Shown here in pieces: positions 1 through 12,849 of a stretch of DNA of 64,000 nucleotides. Source of the DNA: Octopus sinensis (lineage: Eukaryota); contig NC_043011.1 of the NCBI RefSeq assembly GCF_006345805.1, positions 26,610,464 to 26,674,463 on the forward strand, read 5' to 3'. Below the pieces are notes generated by a model. That model had not been told where the DNA came from, did not search any database, and worked only from the letters and a program-made list of their open reading frames with translations. Positions within the stretch are counted from its first letter, which is position 1; the number at the start of each line of letters is the position of its first letter. Both the position numbers and the translations under genes were made by a program.

Positions 1-800
1 AGTTTCACTTTTTGCTATGTCCACTTGATGTCTACATTCTCTTTTAGTTACTCCTGCTGTCTTCCAATCTTTTATGACCTGTCTCTTAGCTTTTATAGCT
101 CTGCCCCCACCATTACATCTTCTCATTGGTTGGGAACTTGCTCTACCCACTGATCTTGTTAATGGGTTGCAGCAGGTTGTCTCCTAAAACTCTTTGTTGG
201 TTTGTTATGAGACTCTTATCTTTGCTTTCGTTTGCATCAAGTACACATCTTGCTGATGTGTCTTTCAGCTTCTCTACCTTCCTTCTACAGAATGTCTTGT
301 CTCTGAATCCATCTAGCTTTTACTGTGATGTCACTAATCTTTGTTGAGTGGTGCAATCTTCACCTGGAAAGGACTTAGTATCTACAAACAGTTATCTATT
401 CTCTTACCTCGTAAGTATGAAGTCTATTTGACCTGTGTATTGGCTTGATTGGTTTGTTATCATATGGCTGGCAGGGTTCCTGAAGTTGGCATTACAAATG
501 GTTAAATCATTTGCTTCACAGGACTTCAAGAGCTTTCCTCTGTCTTCATTCCTTATGTCATATCCATAGCTTCTGTGCACATCCAAGTAGCCATCTTATC
601 AAGATAGTCTGTAAGACATCTTGGAAATGGTTCTTTTGTTCATCAACCATATGCAGCAATTACTGTTACTGTTGTGTAGCCTATGACAACTTTAAGCCTA
701 ATTATTCTGTTACATGCTATGACTACCTTATTAGATTATGTTTCACCTAGCCTGAATTTGTATCTATGTTCCATGCCTGTGACGAATTCAGTTATGGTTC
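1..800 (-). mobile_element. Degenerate RTE-clade LINE, APE endonuclease region
   Basis: Minus ORF 404..586 (GKLLKSCEANDLTICNANFRNP...GQIDFILTR) plus adjacent TVIAAY and FPGEDC..QQRLV remnants, typical of RTE APE; stops and frameshifts present. Confidence 0.8.
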
Positions 801-894
801 CCTTTCCTCTTACCAATTACATACAGCATGCATTTATTCACTTCCTCCCTAGCATCCCTCCAATTTCTCCAGGTTTAACTTACATAATCATAGT

Positions 895-1230
895 GAAGGC
901 ACATGGCTCAGTGATGAGAGCATTGGACTCATAATCTTGAGGTAGTAAGTTCAATTCCCAGCCTGGGCTGTATGTTATGTTCTTTAGCAAGACACTTAAT
1001 TTCATGTTGCTCCAGTCACTCTACTGTAGAAATAAGGTGCTATGTCACTGGTGCCAAGCTGTATTGGCCTTTGCCTTTGATAACATTGGTGGTGTGGAGA
1101 GGGGAAGCTGATATGTATGGGCAACTGCTAGTCTTCCATAAACAACCTTGCATGGTCTTGTGCCTTGGAGGTTAACTTTCTAAGTGCAGTCCCATGGTCA
1201 TTCATGAGTGAAGGGGTGGGGGTCTTTACT
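895..1230 (+). mobile_element. tRNA-derived SINE, family C
   Basis: A/B-box-like head (tggctcagtgatgagagc; agttcaattcc) plus core ctttagcaagacacttaatttcatgttgctccagtc; near reverse-complement copy at 46410-46695. Confidence 0.75.
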
Positions 1231-1483
1231 CTAACTTTCATCATGCCAATATTAATGGTGGAAATGTTTGAAGTTTTGTATCTGACTGGAAGAGAGCAAT
1301 TTTTGGTCTTGAATAGACTGTTCAATGCCTGTTTATCTTATTTAATCAGGAGTTAGAATTTTAGATTATCACTTTTCATATAAGTACTCTTTGTATTAAC
1401 AAGTTTCACTATGAAATGTAAGTGCGTATTGGTCAGTCAGTGTTGCAGTGTCCAGCAGTAAATTTGCTTTAATTATGTTTTTA

Positions 1484-1640
1484 TGCGGCCTAGTGGTTAA
1501 GGTGTTTGACTCATAGTTATAAGATCATGGTTTCAATTCCTTGACTGGGCAACATGTGTTCTTGAGGAAAACATTTCATTTCATGTTGCTCAGTCCACTC
1601 AGCTGGCAAAAGTGAATTATCCTGTGATGAACCAGTTCAG
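1484..1640 (+). mobile_element. tRNA-derived SINE, family C (truncated)
   Basis: gcggcctagtggttaagg...ggtttcaattcc...cttgaggaaaacatttcatttcatgttgctcagtccactcagctggcaaaa. Confidence 0.7.
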
Positions 1641-2899
1641 GAGCTAAAATATGTATGTGTGTATATATATGGAAAACCAGTCCTTATGGTTCTATAGGGC
1701 TCGTGGCTACTTAATTGTTTTCTATATTAATGCATTGATTTTTAGTTCAATTAAGCCACCACTTCATTTTGATATATAAGTTTTTAGCTCCTGTATAAAT
1801 TTCACTGAATGATTAGATCATCAGAATGCACATGTTTTGCAAATACTGAAATTTAAATGATTTAATATGTGAGAAAAAATTGACAAAGAAATAAGGAAAA
1901 TTTGGGTGAAATTTATTCATTTTATGGTTAACATATTTAAAAAAAAAAAACTTCACTTAATCCCTAGGAAAGTAATTTTCTACAAGTTATCCATAGGCTC
2001 TAAGCTAAGTTGTTATCTTTGTAGAGTATTTCTGTCACCTGATTAGCTTTACATTTCTAGACAGTGAGTATATCTTAAATATACAATCTCATTCATAAAG
2101 TAGACCGTAGACTATAATTTGGAAATAGGGTATTTTGAGTGTAGTTCAAAAATAAGGTATTAAAAGAGTATATAGCTTATCTCTTACCTATTTGGTAGCA
2201 TGTTGATTCATTGCTAGAATTTTAGAATGATGGTGTGCTATTCTAATTTAATTGGCAGAATGTTGCAATTATTATTGGTAATAGTAACATTGATTTCTAA
2301 CAGAAATATAAAAGCATATATAACTGATAAATTATATTACCCCTTGTATTAGTACTTCTCCCCTCTCCCTTCTCAGGAAGAATGTAAGTCAAAGTAGTCA
2401 AATCCAACAGGATTTGAACTCAGAATGTGAAAATATAAAGAGATTTGGCAGTATGCTGTTGCTTTATTGTTTCTTCAAACCCTTATAAGAATATGATTTC
2501 TTTTATATTTTATTTATTATAATGTTACCTACTTACTTACTACTACTAATCATAATAATAGTTCTTTCTACTCCAGGTACAAATCCCGAAACTTTGTACT
2601 AATGCAGTGTATTTGACTATTTTCTCACCATTTACAGTAGATCCTCTTCATTCTCTGCTTGTTTCATTGCCCAGCAGAATCATATTGATATATTCTTCAT
2701 ATAGTTTATAATTTCATATAAAAGTTATTTCTTTTCAAACCAAAGCAAACTTAAAACTTATCTTTTTCTAATTCTAGCCCCTAGGTGTTTCAAATTGCTT
2801 ACTCTGTAGTGGTGATCTACAACTGTTGGGTAAGAAAATCTGCCTTAAACTCCATTGACAGACTTTGAAAACATCTTCCAATGGGTTCATTGCTAAACT

Positions 2900-3170
2900 T
2901 TAAACCCTCTTCACCACTTCAGATGCTTGACCTCACCAATCCTAAGTATCTCTTTTGGAGAATTGTACATTCTCAAAATAGCAAAAACTGTATCAAAGGA
3001 CTAGCCATCCTCTTCAGAACCAGAAAATACTTGAGGCCCTGAATGAGGTACTGTTACATACACTTCCTAGACTGCATCCTAGGAAAGGCTACTAGTCTGA
3101 TTGGCATGGTGTTACTACCCAATGTAGTCCAGCCTTTGACCCATAGATACACTCTCTCTGCCTTTTATAC
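2900..3170 (+). mobile_element. Highly degenerate CR1/Jockey-group LINE RT C-terminal remnant
   Basis: Translatable patches KGLAILFRTRKYLRP and FLDCILGKATSLIG. Confidence 0.35.
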
Positions 3171-3847
3171 TGTTACTATAATAGCCTTTATTCTTCAGAG
3201 CTGATAAGTTTTATAATACCACCACTCAGGCACTTTCAGCTCACTTGTTTCTCCTTTCATTATCATCATTTAACATCTGTTGTGCATGCTGGCATGGGTT
3301 GGACAGAAGGCTGCCCCAGACTCCAACCCATAGTATATCTACTAACCTTCAGATCACATGCTGACTACTATGATAGAAGCATATGTGTGCATATATATGT
3401 ATGCTTTTCCTTTTTATTTATTAATATCCTTCCTTGAAAAAAAAAAGAGCTGGTTTTAGCAAAGAAACACCAACTCTATCATTTAGATAGCAACGACAAT
3501 AATTGTTACATATCAAACTTTAAGACAGTCTTGCATATTTTTCCTATTCCACTTACAAATGATATCTGTAAAGTTCATGTTAGCCAGTTTCTAGCTTTCC
3601 TTGAGAATTCTAGTTTTTCCAGATTGTCACTTAGACATTTACTAACATAACCAAGTGGACCAATAATTATTTATATGAAGGTAAATTTACGGAGGAGATT
3701 TGCTGGACAACTAACCTATATGACTGCATGACTTTAATTTCCATCCCAAATAACTATGTTTGGTCTGTTAAGTTTGAACTTAATAGAAGTTCTGATGGGA
3801 ATATTATATATGTGTGTGTACATATATTTGTATGTGTGTGTATGCAT

Positions 3848-4115
3848 ATGTACATATGTGTTTATATCATCATCATCGTTTAACGTCCGTTCTCCATGCT
3901 AGCATGGGTTGGACGGTTCGACCGGGGATCTGGGAAGCCAGAAGGCTGCACCAGGCTCCAGTCTTATCTGGCAATGTTTCTACAGCTGGATGCCCTTCCT
4001 AACGCCAACCACTCCGTGAGTGTAGTGGGTGCTTTTTACGTGCCACCTGTACAGGTGCCAGGTGAGGCTGGCAACGGCCACGGTCAGATTGGTGTATTTT
4101 ACGTGCCACCGGCGC
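3848..4115 (-). mobile_element. RTE LINE 3' end with (GAT)n tail, young copy
   Basis: Reverse complement of the tail at ~15100-15310; nearly identical to 49525-49745. Confidence 0.8.
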
Positions 4116-4539
4116 GATTTGTATATATGTGTGTACAGGCATATATATGTATGTATGTTTCTATATTCATATATATGTGTTTGTAATTGTTGATTCCATG
4201 AGTCTTCATTGACATCGTCTGAGTGAAAGACTGACATTTACGTTATTCGGTGAACAATCGTCCTGTAGTTCAAAGGTAAATTTGAGGGCTAATACAATGT
4301 AAAATGATGGTTGGCAACAGGAATGGGTTCCAGTTGTAGAAATTCTGTCTCAGTAAATTTCATCTAACCCAAGCTAGCATGGGAAACGACTGATGTAAAA
4401 ATGATTATATATAATAATGTATGTGGTTGAGTGGTTTATAAGTTTGTTTTGAAGCTACATAGTTCAGGATTTAATCCCAGTGTGTGGTGCATTGTGCAAG
4501 TGTCTTATGGGTGACAGAAACTGTGCAGAAGTCTGTTGT

Positions 4540-4835
4540 GAAGGTGCATGGCTTGTGGTTTAGGTGTGGTACTCACAATTTCAAGATTGTGGTTTCAATT
4601 TCCAGACCGGGCATTGCATTGCGTTCTTGAGCAAAACACTTCATTTCACGTTGCTCTGCGATCATTTTGTCATCTGACATGTGGTATGTCATGCACCTGT
4701 ACAGGCAGTGTTGATTTGATATGTGAGAGAATGAGCTTATGTTCACATAAGCATTTGATCGCTATAAACTGATCATATATGTAGTTGTTCAGCAAGAAAT
4801 TGCAGAACCCTCATACTTCATTGAACGGCAGGAGA
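4540..4835 (+). mobile_element. tRNA-derived SINE, family C with a different 3' body
   Basis: Head and core cttgagcaaaacacttcatttcacgttgctc shared with 41404-41658. Confidence 0.7.
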
Positions 4836-4854
4836 GTTCATAATGATATATATA

Positions 4855-6080
4855 TATCATCGTCATCATCTAACATCCATTGTCCATGCTGGCATGGGTT
4901 GGATGGTTTGACTGGGCTGATTTGGCATGGTTTTCTACAGTTGGATGCTCTTCCTAATGCCAACCACTCTAAGAGTGTAATGGGTGCTTTTACGTGACAC
5001 CAGCACAAGTGCCATTCGCATGACACCAGCAAGGGTGTCAATTTGCGTGACACTGGTATCTGCCACAACTGTGATTTTGTTTGGCTTGATGGGTCTTCTT
5101 CTCAAGCATGATATAATGCCAAAGGTCTTGGTCATTGCCTCCGTGGGGCCCAATGCTTGAAAGGAACTCAACCACCTTGCCTTCGTGAGGCCTTACTCTC
5201 AAAAGGAACTCAGCCACTTTGCCTCCATGAGGCCCAATGTTCAAAAGATGTTTATGTGCCACCTGCATGGGTGCACTTGGTTTGACGGGTCCTCTCTAGC
5301 ACAGCACATCACCAAAGGTCTCGATCACCAGTCATTGCTTCTGTGAGGCTCAAAGTTTGAAGCTCATGCTTCACCACCTTGTCCCATGTCTTCCTGAGTC
5401 TACCTCTACTATAGGTTCCCTCCACAGTTAGAGATCAGCACTTCTTCACACAGCTGTCCTCATTCATATGCATCTGACCATACCAGTGCAGTCGTCTCTC
5501 TTGCACACCACATCTGATTCCTCTTATGCCTAACTTTTCTCTCAAGATGCTTACACTTTGTTGAACATGCACACTGACATTGCACATCCAGCAAAGCACA
5601 CTGGCTTCATTTCTTTCAAGCCTACACATGTCCTCGGCTGTCATAGCCTATATTTCACAGATGCAGCATAGCTGTTTGCACACAGGCATAAAATAATCTG
5701 CCTTTCACTCTGTTGCCAGCAGAGATAATAGCACTGAACTTTGCCCAGCCTAATCTTATTCTCACAGCTATGCTCTCGGAGCATTCTCCTCCACTACTAA
5801 CTTGGTCACCTAGGTAACAGAAGCTATCTACTGCCTCTAGCTTACTCCCCTGACAGTTGATGGAGTCTATTTTCAGCATTTATTGTACCTGTGCACCTTT
5901 CACATACAAAAGTTAGTTTCCCTGTTAACCTTCCTCTGATGTTGTACGTTTTATGTCTCCAAAGCTTACATCTACACCTTTTCTAAAGATTGAGTATGAC
6001 CATCTACCCAAGGGATTTGTGATTTGTCTGCCTTCCTACTTACTATGACTTTGGTTTAGATATATATATGTACTTGTAGT
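4855..6080 (-). mobile_element. 5'-truncated RTE LINE (RT C-terminus, 3' UTR, (GAT)n tail)
   Basis: Minus ORFs 5655..5879 (VDSFCYLGDQVSSGG...RIRLGWAKF) and 5435..5644 (RLERNEASVLCWMCNVS...RRLHWYG); tail at 4855-4875. Confidence 0.9.
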
Positions 6081-6269
6081 GGGAGTGGGTGTTTTGAGAA
6101 TAGTGTAAGAATTGTTGGAGAAAGTTCAGGGAGTTATTACCTCTGGCAATGAAGGGCAGGTTTTATATTGCTTGTGTGCATAGTGAGATCTTTTTTAGTT
6201 CACTTTACTAGATGTGTTATACTAGTGTGCATGGACGACAGGACATAAATGAGCTGAGAGAATAACTGA

Positions 6270-6420
6270 ACATAAAAGAATTAAGTGTAGTGTCCAAGAG
6301 TGAAGACTTTAAGTTGGTTTGGGCACATGGTACGTATTAAGGAGGACAGCTATATAAAGCTATGCCTTGTGCTCAAAGTAAATGGAACCTTTAGAAGTGG
6401 GAGGGAATGGGGAAGACACA
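6270..6420 (+). mobile_element. Degenerate RTE RT C-terminal remnant
   Basis: RxxLSWFGHxxRxxEDS-like patch. Confidence 0.4.
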
Positions 6421-7133
6421 TCTGAACATGTTACATCTTTCGAAGGTGATGACAAAAGAATGCCTTGACTGGCAATATGCTTGTTTGCTTAGTCATAACA
6501 AAACGGAAGGTAAAATTGTTACGTATAATTTGTATATACATACAGGCATGTACCACTAGGCATATATATGTTTGTACCTGTGCATCTGTTTACTGTCCAG
6601 TTTACATCATTGATTTTTTTGTGTCTTTTACTTCCCTAACACCCATATCATTCATCTCTTGTCTATTGCTCACGTCATTGTCACCTATGTCCCTTTTATG
6701 CCTTTGTCTGTTGCTTCTTGCACTCGTGCCCCTATACTCATCTCACTCACTTTCCCCTCCTTATCCATTACACTCAATATGACTAAGGATGGCAGTGGTT
6801 CCCTTTTTTCTGTTTGCTGCATTATTACACTCTCTTACCTTTGCCTTTGTTGCTCATCTTTTGTTTGGTGTACATTGCTTCCAGTCAAGAACACCTCTGC
6901 ACTCATTCTGACCCTCTCCCAATCACTCCTTTGTGCAACTCTCTGGCATAGGACTCTCCTACTTTTCATTGACCATGCCACTAGTGTCATCACTCCAGCC
7001 CATCTTGTTGCCTATGTGTCAGTGGTGTCATTAGACCACGTGCTCAGTTCACTCTACCTTCACTTCTCTTCCTGTACAGCCTGCCATCATTCTGTCTCTG
7101 GCTGCTGGTATCTGTGTGTGTGTGCATAGTTAA

Positions 7134-7313
7134 CCCATTAGCATTCAGATTACTCTGTCGAATTTAGTACTTGTTTATTGATATTGTTTTGAATGAATCA
7201 TACATTATCACTTAGCTTTGAAATTTTGATGGTGTGGTTGTATATTTTTAGAGTGATGTAGGGTAGGTGTAAGAGGCCAGGTCATTTCTGGTTGGATGGA
7301 TATGGCCAGTTTA
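7134..7313. mobile_element. piggyBac-type MITE, family E (orientation X), right end disrupted by a SINE
   Basis: TTAA+CCCATTAGCATT left end; internal sequence shared with about 14 copies in the window. Confidence 0.75.
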
Positions 7314-7319
7314 AATATA

Positions 7320-7484
7320 TACGACAGGCTTCTTTCAGTTTCTGTCTACCAAATCTACTCACAAGGCATTGGTCGGCCCGGGGCTATAGCAGAAGACACT
7401 TGCCCAAGATGCCACACAGTGGGACTGAACCCGGAACCATGTGGTTGGTTAGCAAGCTACTTACCACACAGCCACTCCTGTGCC
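7320..7484 (-). mobile_element. tRNA-derived SINE, family A (head + core)
   Basis: Reverse complement of ggcacaggagtggctgtgtggtaagtagcttg...ggttcagtcccactgtgtggcatcttgggcaagtg. Confidence 0.85.
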
Positions 7485-7566
7485 TACATTTGTAGATTAA
7501 TATATATTCATTCAAAACCATTGTTACTTTTTAGTTTCTCTCTAATTGCAATCTTAGGGCACTTAA

Positions 7567-7786
7567 CCCTTTAGTGTTTAAACCGGCCATATCTGGCCCA
7601 GATATTCTACATGTTTTACATTCAAACGGGCGATATCTAGCCTCTCACACCTAACCTACATTGATATTCTAAAAACAAACAATCACATCATTGAAACCTC
7701 AAAGCTATAAGATAATGTATGATTAATTCAAAACAATTTGAGTGAAAAATTATTACATTTAACAGAGTAATCTGAACACTAAAGGG
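7567..7786. mobile_element. piggyBac-type MITE, family E (orientation Y), complete
   Basis: TTAA TSDs at 7563-66 and 7787-90; perfect 12-bp TIR CCCTTTAGTGTT/AACACTAAAGGG. Confidence 0.9.
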
Positions 7787-7809
7787 TTAAGGCAACAATA
7801 TTGAACATA

Positions 7810-7934
7810 TGTGTGTGTGTGTGTGTATATGGTTGTTTAGCAGTTTCAGCCTATATATATAGATAGATAGATATAAGTAAAGTCATTTGCCACATATACG
7901 TGTGTGCGTATATGTATATATGTATAACTGTATG

Positions 7935-7967
<33 letters not shown>

Positions 7968-8010
7968 GCATACATGTATATACGTGTATGTGTATATATA
8001 TATATATGTT
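7810..8010. repeat. Compound (TG)n/(TA)n/(CA)n microsatellite block (representative of many in the window)
   Basis: Directly visible dinucleotide runs. Confidence 0.9.
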
Positions 8011-8553
8011 GACACTTGTGAATTGCTTTTAGTGCTTACCCAGTGATTTTGATGGCTAACCTTGTATATCTAAAAAATGTCTGGAATCAAAATATTTATT
8101 TCCTGTTCTCTGGTTTCTTCTTTTCTACTTTTTATGAAGAATAAATACAATATATTCACTGTTTTGAACCATCATTAAATCAGGCCTCTAAATTCACACA
8201 CCTACTTGCACACACAGAAACACACATATTGGCTAGCTTACAATGTCGTTTTTTCATACTGTCATTAAATTGTTTTTCTCTAGTATATTGAATTTTATAT
8301 AACCTAGTGGATGAGAAGCTATTTATAGTGACCATTTTCCTGTTTTCATACACTGAAGTAAACCAAGGTTTTCAAAAGGTGCTTTGAATTCCACTCAAAA
8401 ACATTTTCTTAAAGAGTTTTCATGACCTATTTTGGATAGATTAAAGATTCAATCTCTTGTTCTCTAATTCTTCACTTTAGAAACTATATGCAGCAGAAGT
8501 TATATATTAACACTCAATGTCTATTTTTTCCTTTCCTGAATTAATAGTCTGAG

Positions 8554-8587
<34 letters not shown>

Positions 8588-8639
8588 GTATGTCTTCCAA
8601 TTTTCCTGAGTAATTGTTTATTCATTCGAGGCTCTTCGA

Positions 8640-8857
8640 CCCTTTAGTGTTCAGATTATTCTGTTACATGCACAGCTTAATTATTTGCATTGTTTTGAAT
8701 TAATAATGCATTATCACATAACTAAGATTTTGATGATGCAATTGTTTATTTTTAGAATGATGTTGTAGGGTAAGTGTGAGAGGCCAGGTCTGTGCAGTTT
8801 GAACATAAAACAGGTAGAATATTTTGGTCAGCTATGGTCAATTTAAATGCTAATGGG
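8640..8857. mobile_element. MITE family E (orientation X)
   Basis: ccctttagtgttcagatt...aatgctaatgggtta. Confidence 0.8.
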
Positions 8858-10599
8858 TTAGAGTAGTAAATACTAATCTTTGGGCAAACTTCAGTTAGAG
8901 AATAAGATATTGGATCTAGGAATCAACTTGTTTTGAGTATTATCTTGTTGTCCAGCATCACTATATTAAAAATTAATTTTGCAACTTTGTTTGGATTTCT
9001 ATACATTTATGAGACTTTATATATTTTTTATTTCAAGTCCTTTTTAGACTTCCTTATAATCTGAGGGTTAAGAATAACACTCTGTGGTTATTTTAGTATT
9101 CAATTTAAATTGATAAAAGCATCTGTAGAAGGCAATTTTAGAGGATACCATTTCTGAAAATGAAGGATTGAGAGGTAGTGTGAGATGCAGGGGGTGATTA
9201 CAGGAGGAGAGGTAAGGTGATGAAATTAGTCAAAGCCTTCATAGAAGGAGTATACAATTCATGCAGGAAACAGTTAAGCTGAAAGTTTGCTTATCTGACC
9301 ATTTCTGATATAGCTTACATATACAATTTTAGAGCTGTAATCTGGTGCTGGATGTAATTTCACATTGTAAAGAATTAATTTCCTTTTAGTTCTTGAAAAG
9401 GAAAACCAGCCATTATGATGGTTTTAAGTAATTTTGGAGAATGTGTTCATCTTGAACAGTCATCAGAAATTGTAAAATTAAAGTGTGTTTGAATGAGTGT
9501 GACAGATTGAGATATATATTATGAGTGGAAAGAATGCAATGTTGTGGATTTGTTTATTTCATGATTTGTGTACACGTTTCTCAACAGTCGAGATTGCATG
9601 TGAATAAAGTTTATAAAAAATGAAATAGCATTGTAAAATGGCGAAGTTACAAGTAAGTTTTTAACATACAAAAAGGGTTGATGACTGATCTCTTGACTCA
9701 GAATGTGTTCAGTTAACATAGACTGCAATAGAACAACATATAACTGTGTGTTTTCATTGAGTACTTAGCTTTAAATTTGATGTTTTCATGAGAGTTGTTG
9801 ATGATTACCTATATCTTGATGTGTTTCACCCTTGGGACAAGTTATACAATGATGTCATGTTGCCAACATACTTATGATAAAGCATGCTGTGCATCTCAGA
9901 ACAAAGTATCCCTTCTCTCCTCTTTACAGTGCCTACAATTTCTTTTTAGTTGGAAATTGGTCTAAAGACCTCTTATTTGCCTGTATATGATGTCCCGATA
10001 GTGTATAAAGAAATCTAGCATTAATTTTTAGGAATGAAGGTGCAATAACTGAGAACCTATAACCTTTTGATATAAGATTCTGACCCCCAAATTAAACACA
10101 ATTAGCTTGGGGCCAAATTAGTTTTTATTTCTTTCTTTTCTTTTTCAAATAACTTAGAAAAGGAAGGCAACATCCCTGGCCCTTTTCAGGGCCTCAGAAT
10201 GGTGAGAGAACTTTCCAAATTAAGGATCTAGTCTGAACAGAGTGAACTTCATTAAAGGCATCTAATGATGCACAGTGTTAAACTAGGTGATAGATTAAGT
10301 CTCAGTTAGTGTCTGCATTTGAAATGAAATTGTGGAGAAAATTAAGTGGAATCTTATTGTTCCAGGCTTATTATTTCAAAAAGTTATTTTCCATGTTATG
10401 ACAATGGTTGTCACACTAAAAATTTAAAAGGAAAAAAAAAAACAGCATGATGGTTCTAAACAAAATGTTGCATTTTTATCATAGTTTTAACAAAAGAGGC
10501 AATTTATAAAAATATCCATGTATGACATACAAAGAAATAATGTATTGCCTTGCCTATTCCCATCCTTATTTCTGAAGGTCAGGGACCATGGATGCATAC

Positions 10600-11005
10600 A
10601 CTCTCTCCCCATGATTTCTGCTTCTGACTATGGTTAAGCATTCAGCCAGAGATCTCTGGCCCATTCTCTGATGTCATTCAAGCAGCATCTTTTCATTCTT
10701 CCCTTTTGTTGCCCATTAACTCTTCCTTCTAGGATATGGACGCTGGTGTTCTGGATCTGTTGATATGTCCAAAATACTGCAATTTTCATTTTCTGACAGT
10801 TGAAGTACTGACTAGTTTGGTTGATGGTCAGTCCAGCTGAACCTCGATACTCTTTGGTAGAATGTTGTTTCAAATGCTTTGAATTGGGCAGTTGTTTGCT
10901 TTTATGGTTCTAGCTTTCATATCCATACAGTTCAACAGGCTAAAAACTAGTGTCTTTAGGATCTTTAATCTGATGTTCTTGTTAAGAGGTGCTTTTCCAG
11001 ATTGT
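10600..11005 (-). mobile_element. RTE-1/BovB-like LINE RT C-terminal remnant (second RTE subfamily)
   Basis: IWKSTSLNKNIRLKILKTLVFS and HILEGRVNGQQKGRMKRCCLNDIREW patches. Confidence 0.7.
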
Positions 11006-11329
11006 ATCTTGGTGGGTTCTGGATTAGAGAATTATTGGAAAACTTAAAATTGATAAGAAAATGTGATATTTAGTTTCATCAGACATGCTTTTTGAATTCA
11101 GTAATTTACTTATTGAAATTTTCTCTCTTGACCTGAATGTGATTTTATTTGTTGACATTCAACACAGTAATATCAATACAGTCCTCTAATGCTAAATGCA
11201 GGAGGAATGTCTACCCACCAAATGATTTGGAAAAGATTGACACCTAAACTGTATGAGCTCATTCACTGTTATGAAGCAGCAGAATACTGGTAATCAGCAT
11301 TCAACAATACTTTGTCTCGATACAAACTT

Positions 11330-11760
11330 ATAGCCTAAGATGGGTTGAACATTGGATTTTTTTCTTGTGTGTGGCAGGTGAATCCTTGTACTTCAGGTGC
11401 TTGGACTTTTCTTTTGTCTCAGGGCTGTAGTGGTGAACCCATGTTTCATCACTGGTTATCGGCACAGGAAGAGATCCCAGTCCTCATGAATGAGCTTGAG
11501 ATTTCCCTCATAACAGCACACTCTGTTGTCCTTCATTTCCAAAGTCCATGTTTTTACTGCCTACCAGTAGACACCATTGATGTGTCCAAATGTTCATTAC
11601 TGGCTCGATCAATCATTGCCAAGCCATGTCCCAGAGTGTATGCTCTTTCATAGACTATCACTTGTTGCACCACAGGTTGTTTTGACTGTCGTTCTTCTAA
11701 GGCTCTCTTGTCCTGGCAGCACTTAGCAGCTCAACATTTGACCAATGCATATGAAAGGAA
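11330..11760 (-). mobile_element. Mariner transposase fragment (frameshifted)
   Basis: Minus strand reads DLFLCR/ITSDETWVHHYSPETKEKSK, matching the mariner first catalytic-D motif IVTGDETWVxxYxPExKxQS. Confidence 0.8.
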
Positions 11761-12124
11761 GTCTTCATGGTATGCCTTTGGTATGTGATCATAGATTTCT
11801 TGTAGCACATTCTTCTCCAGAACCAAAAACTTAATAACTGGCTGATACTTCTGAAATGTAAAATCACAGTATATATACTCAGTTTGTTTTTATTTGATTG
11901 CCTAATTATAATAATGTGTGGGTTACTGTCAACAGGGATCATTGTCAGGTTTAGAACTTTAGAACTCCTTTATATAATAAATTTTTTTCTAGGCTTAGAT
12001 GGGTTTTTGAAATATTTTTATAGAAGGGATGAAATGGATTTCAAGATAAAAACTGCATACCTTTATTAATTATTGAGAGTGTATTTCCCTTTCAATCATT
12101 TAGGACTTAATTACTTATTTTTTA

Positions 12125-12450
12125 TCTCTTACTTGTTTCAGTCATTGGACTGCAGCCATGCTGGGTTACCGCCTTGAAGGGTTTAGATGAACCAATCGAC
12201 CCCAGTACTTATTTGTTTTTTAAGTTTGGTGCTTTTTGCAGAACCACTAAGGGACATAAACAAACTGATACCAGTTGTAAAGTGGTAGTGGAAAAACACA
12301 CACACACAATATGGGTTTTTTTCAGTTTCCATTTACCGAATCCACTCACAAGGCTTTGGTTGTCCTGGGGCTGTAATAGAAGACTCTTGCCCATGGAGCT
12401 GAACTTGGGGCACGTGGTTGAGAAGCAAACTTTTTACCACACGTCGACAT
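12125..12450 (-). mobile_element. SINE family A fragments (tail and core)
   Basis: cttgtttcagtcattggactgcagccatgctgg tail; ccactcacaaggctttggttg core. Confidence 0.7.
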
Positions 12451-12849
12451 CTGTGCTTATGTTAAGTTTTACTTTTAACTATTTTTATTGTTAAAACACA
12501 GTTGGAAATTAGATAAAATATCCAAGTAATTCAGTAAGGTAAAGAGTTACATTCAATTCATTCAGTAGAGATTTAAATGTTGATAACAATGCTTTCCCCC
12601 CAAAACAGGTGATATAATCCTTGTCAAATTTATCATTTCAAAAGATAAGTATTTGTATTTATATTTTGTTCTAACCCATATCAATTAGAGAGACTTGTTT
12701 ACTGTTATCTTAAGCAGTTATACTTTGTAAGTATTTCCTCATTTCATTTTCACTTTAGTTGTGACGTTCTTTGAAAATAAGTTTCAATCTGCCAGTTTTG
12801 TGAGTGGCTGTGGTAGACAAAAACTGAAAGCAACCTCTCTCTCTATGTT

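Noticed and set aside
6465-7129. 105-aa and 156-aa hydrophobic ORFs
   Set aside because: Reverse strand of a purine-rich degenerate repeat; no domain or splice support.
10159-10182. KGRQHPWP resembling the PWWP motif
   Set aside because: In-frame TAA at 10150-52, no AKMKGY context and no suitable donor; chance match.
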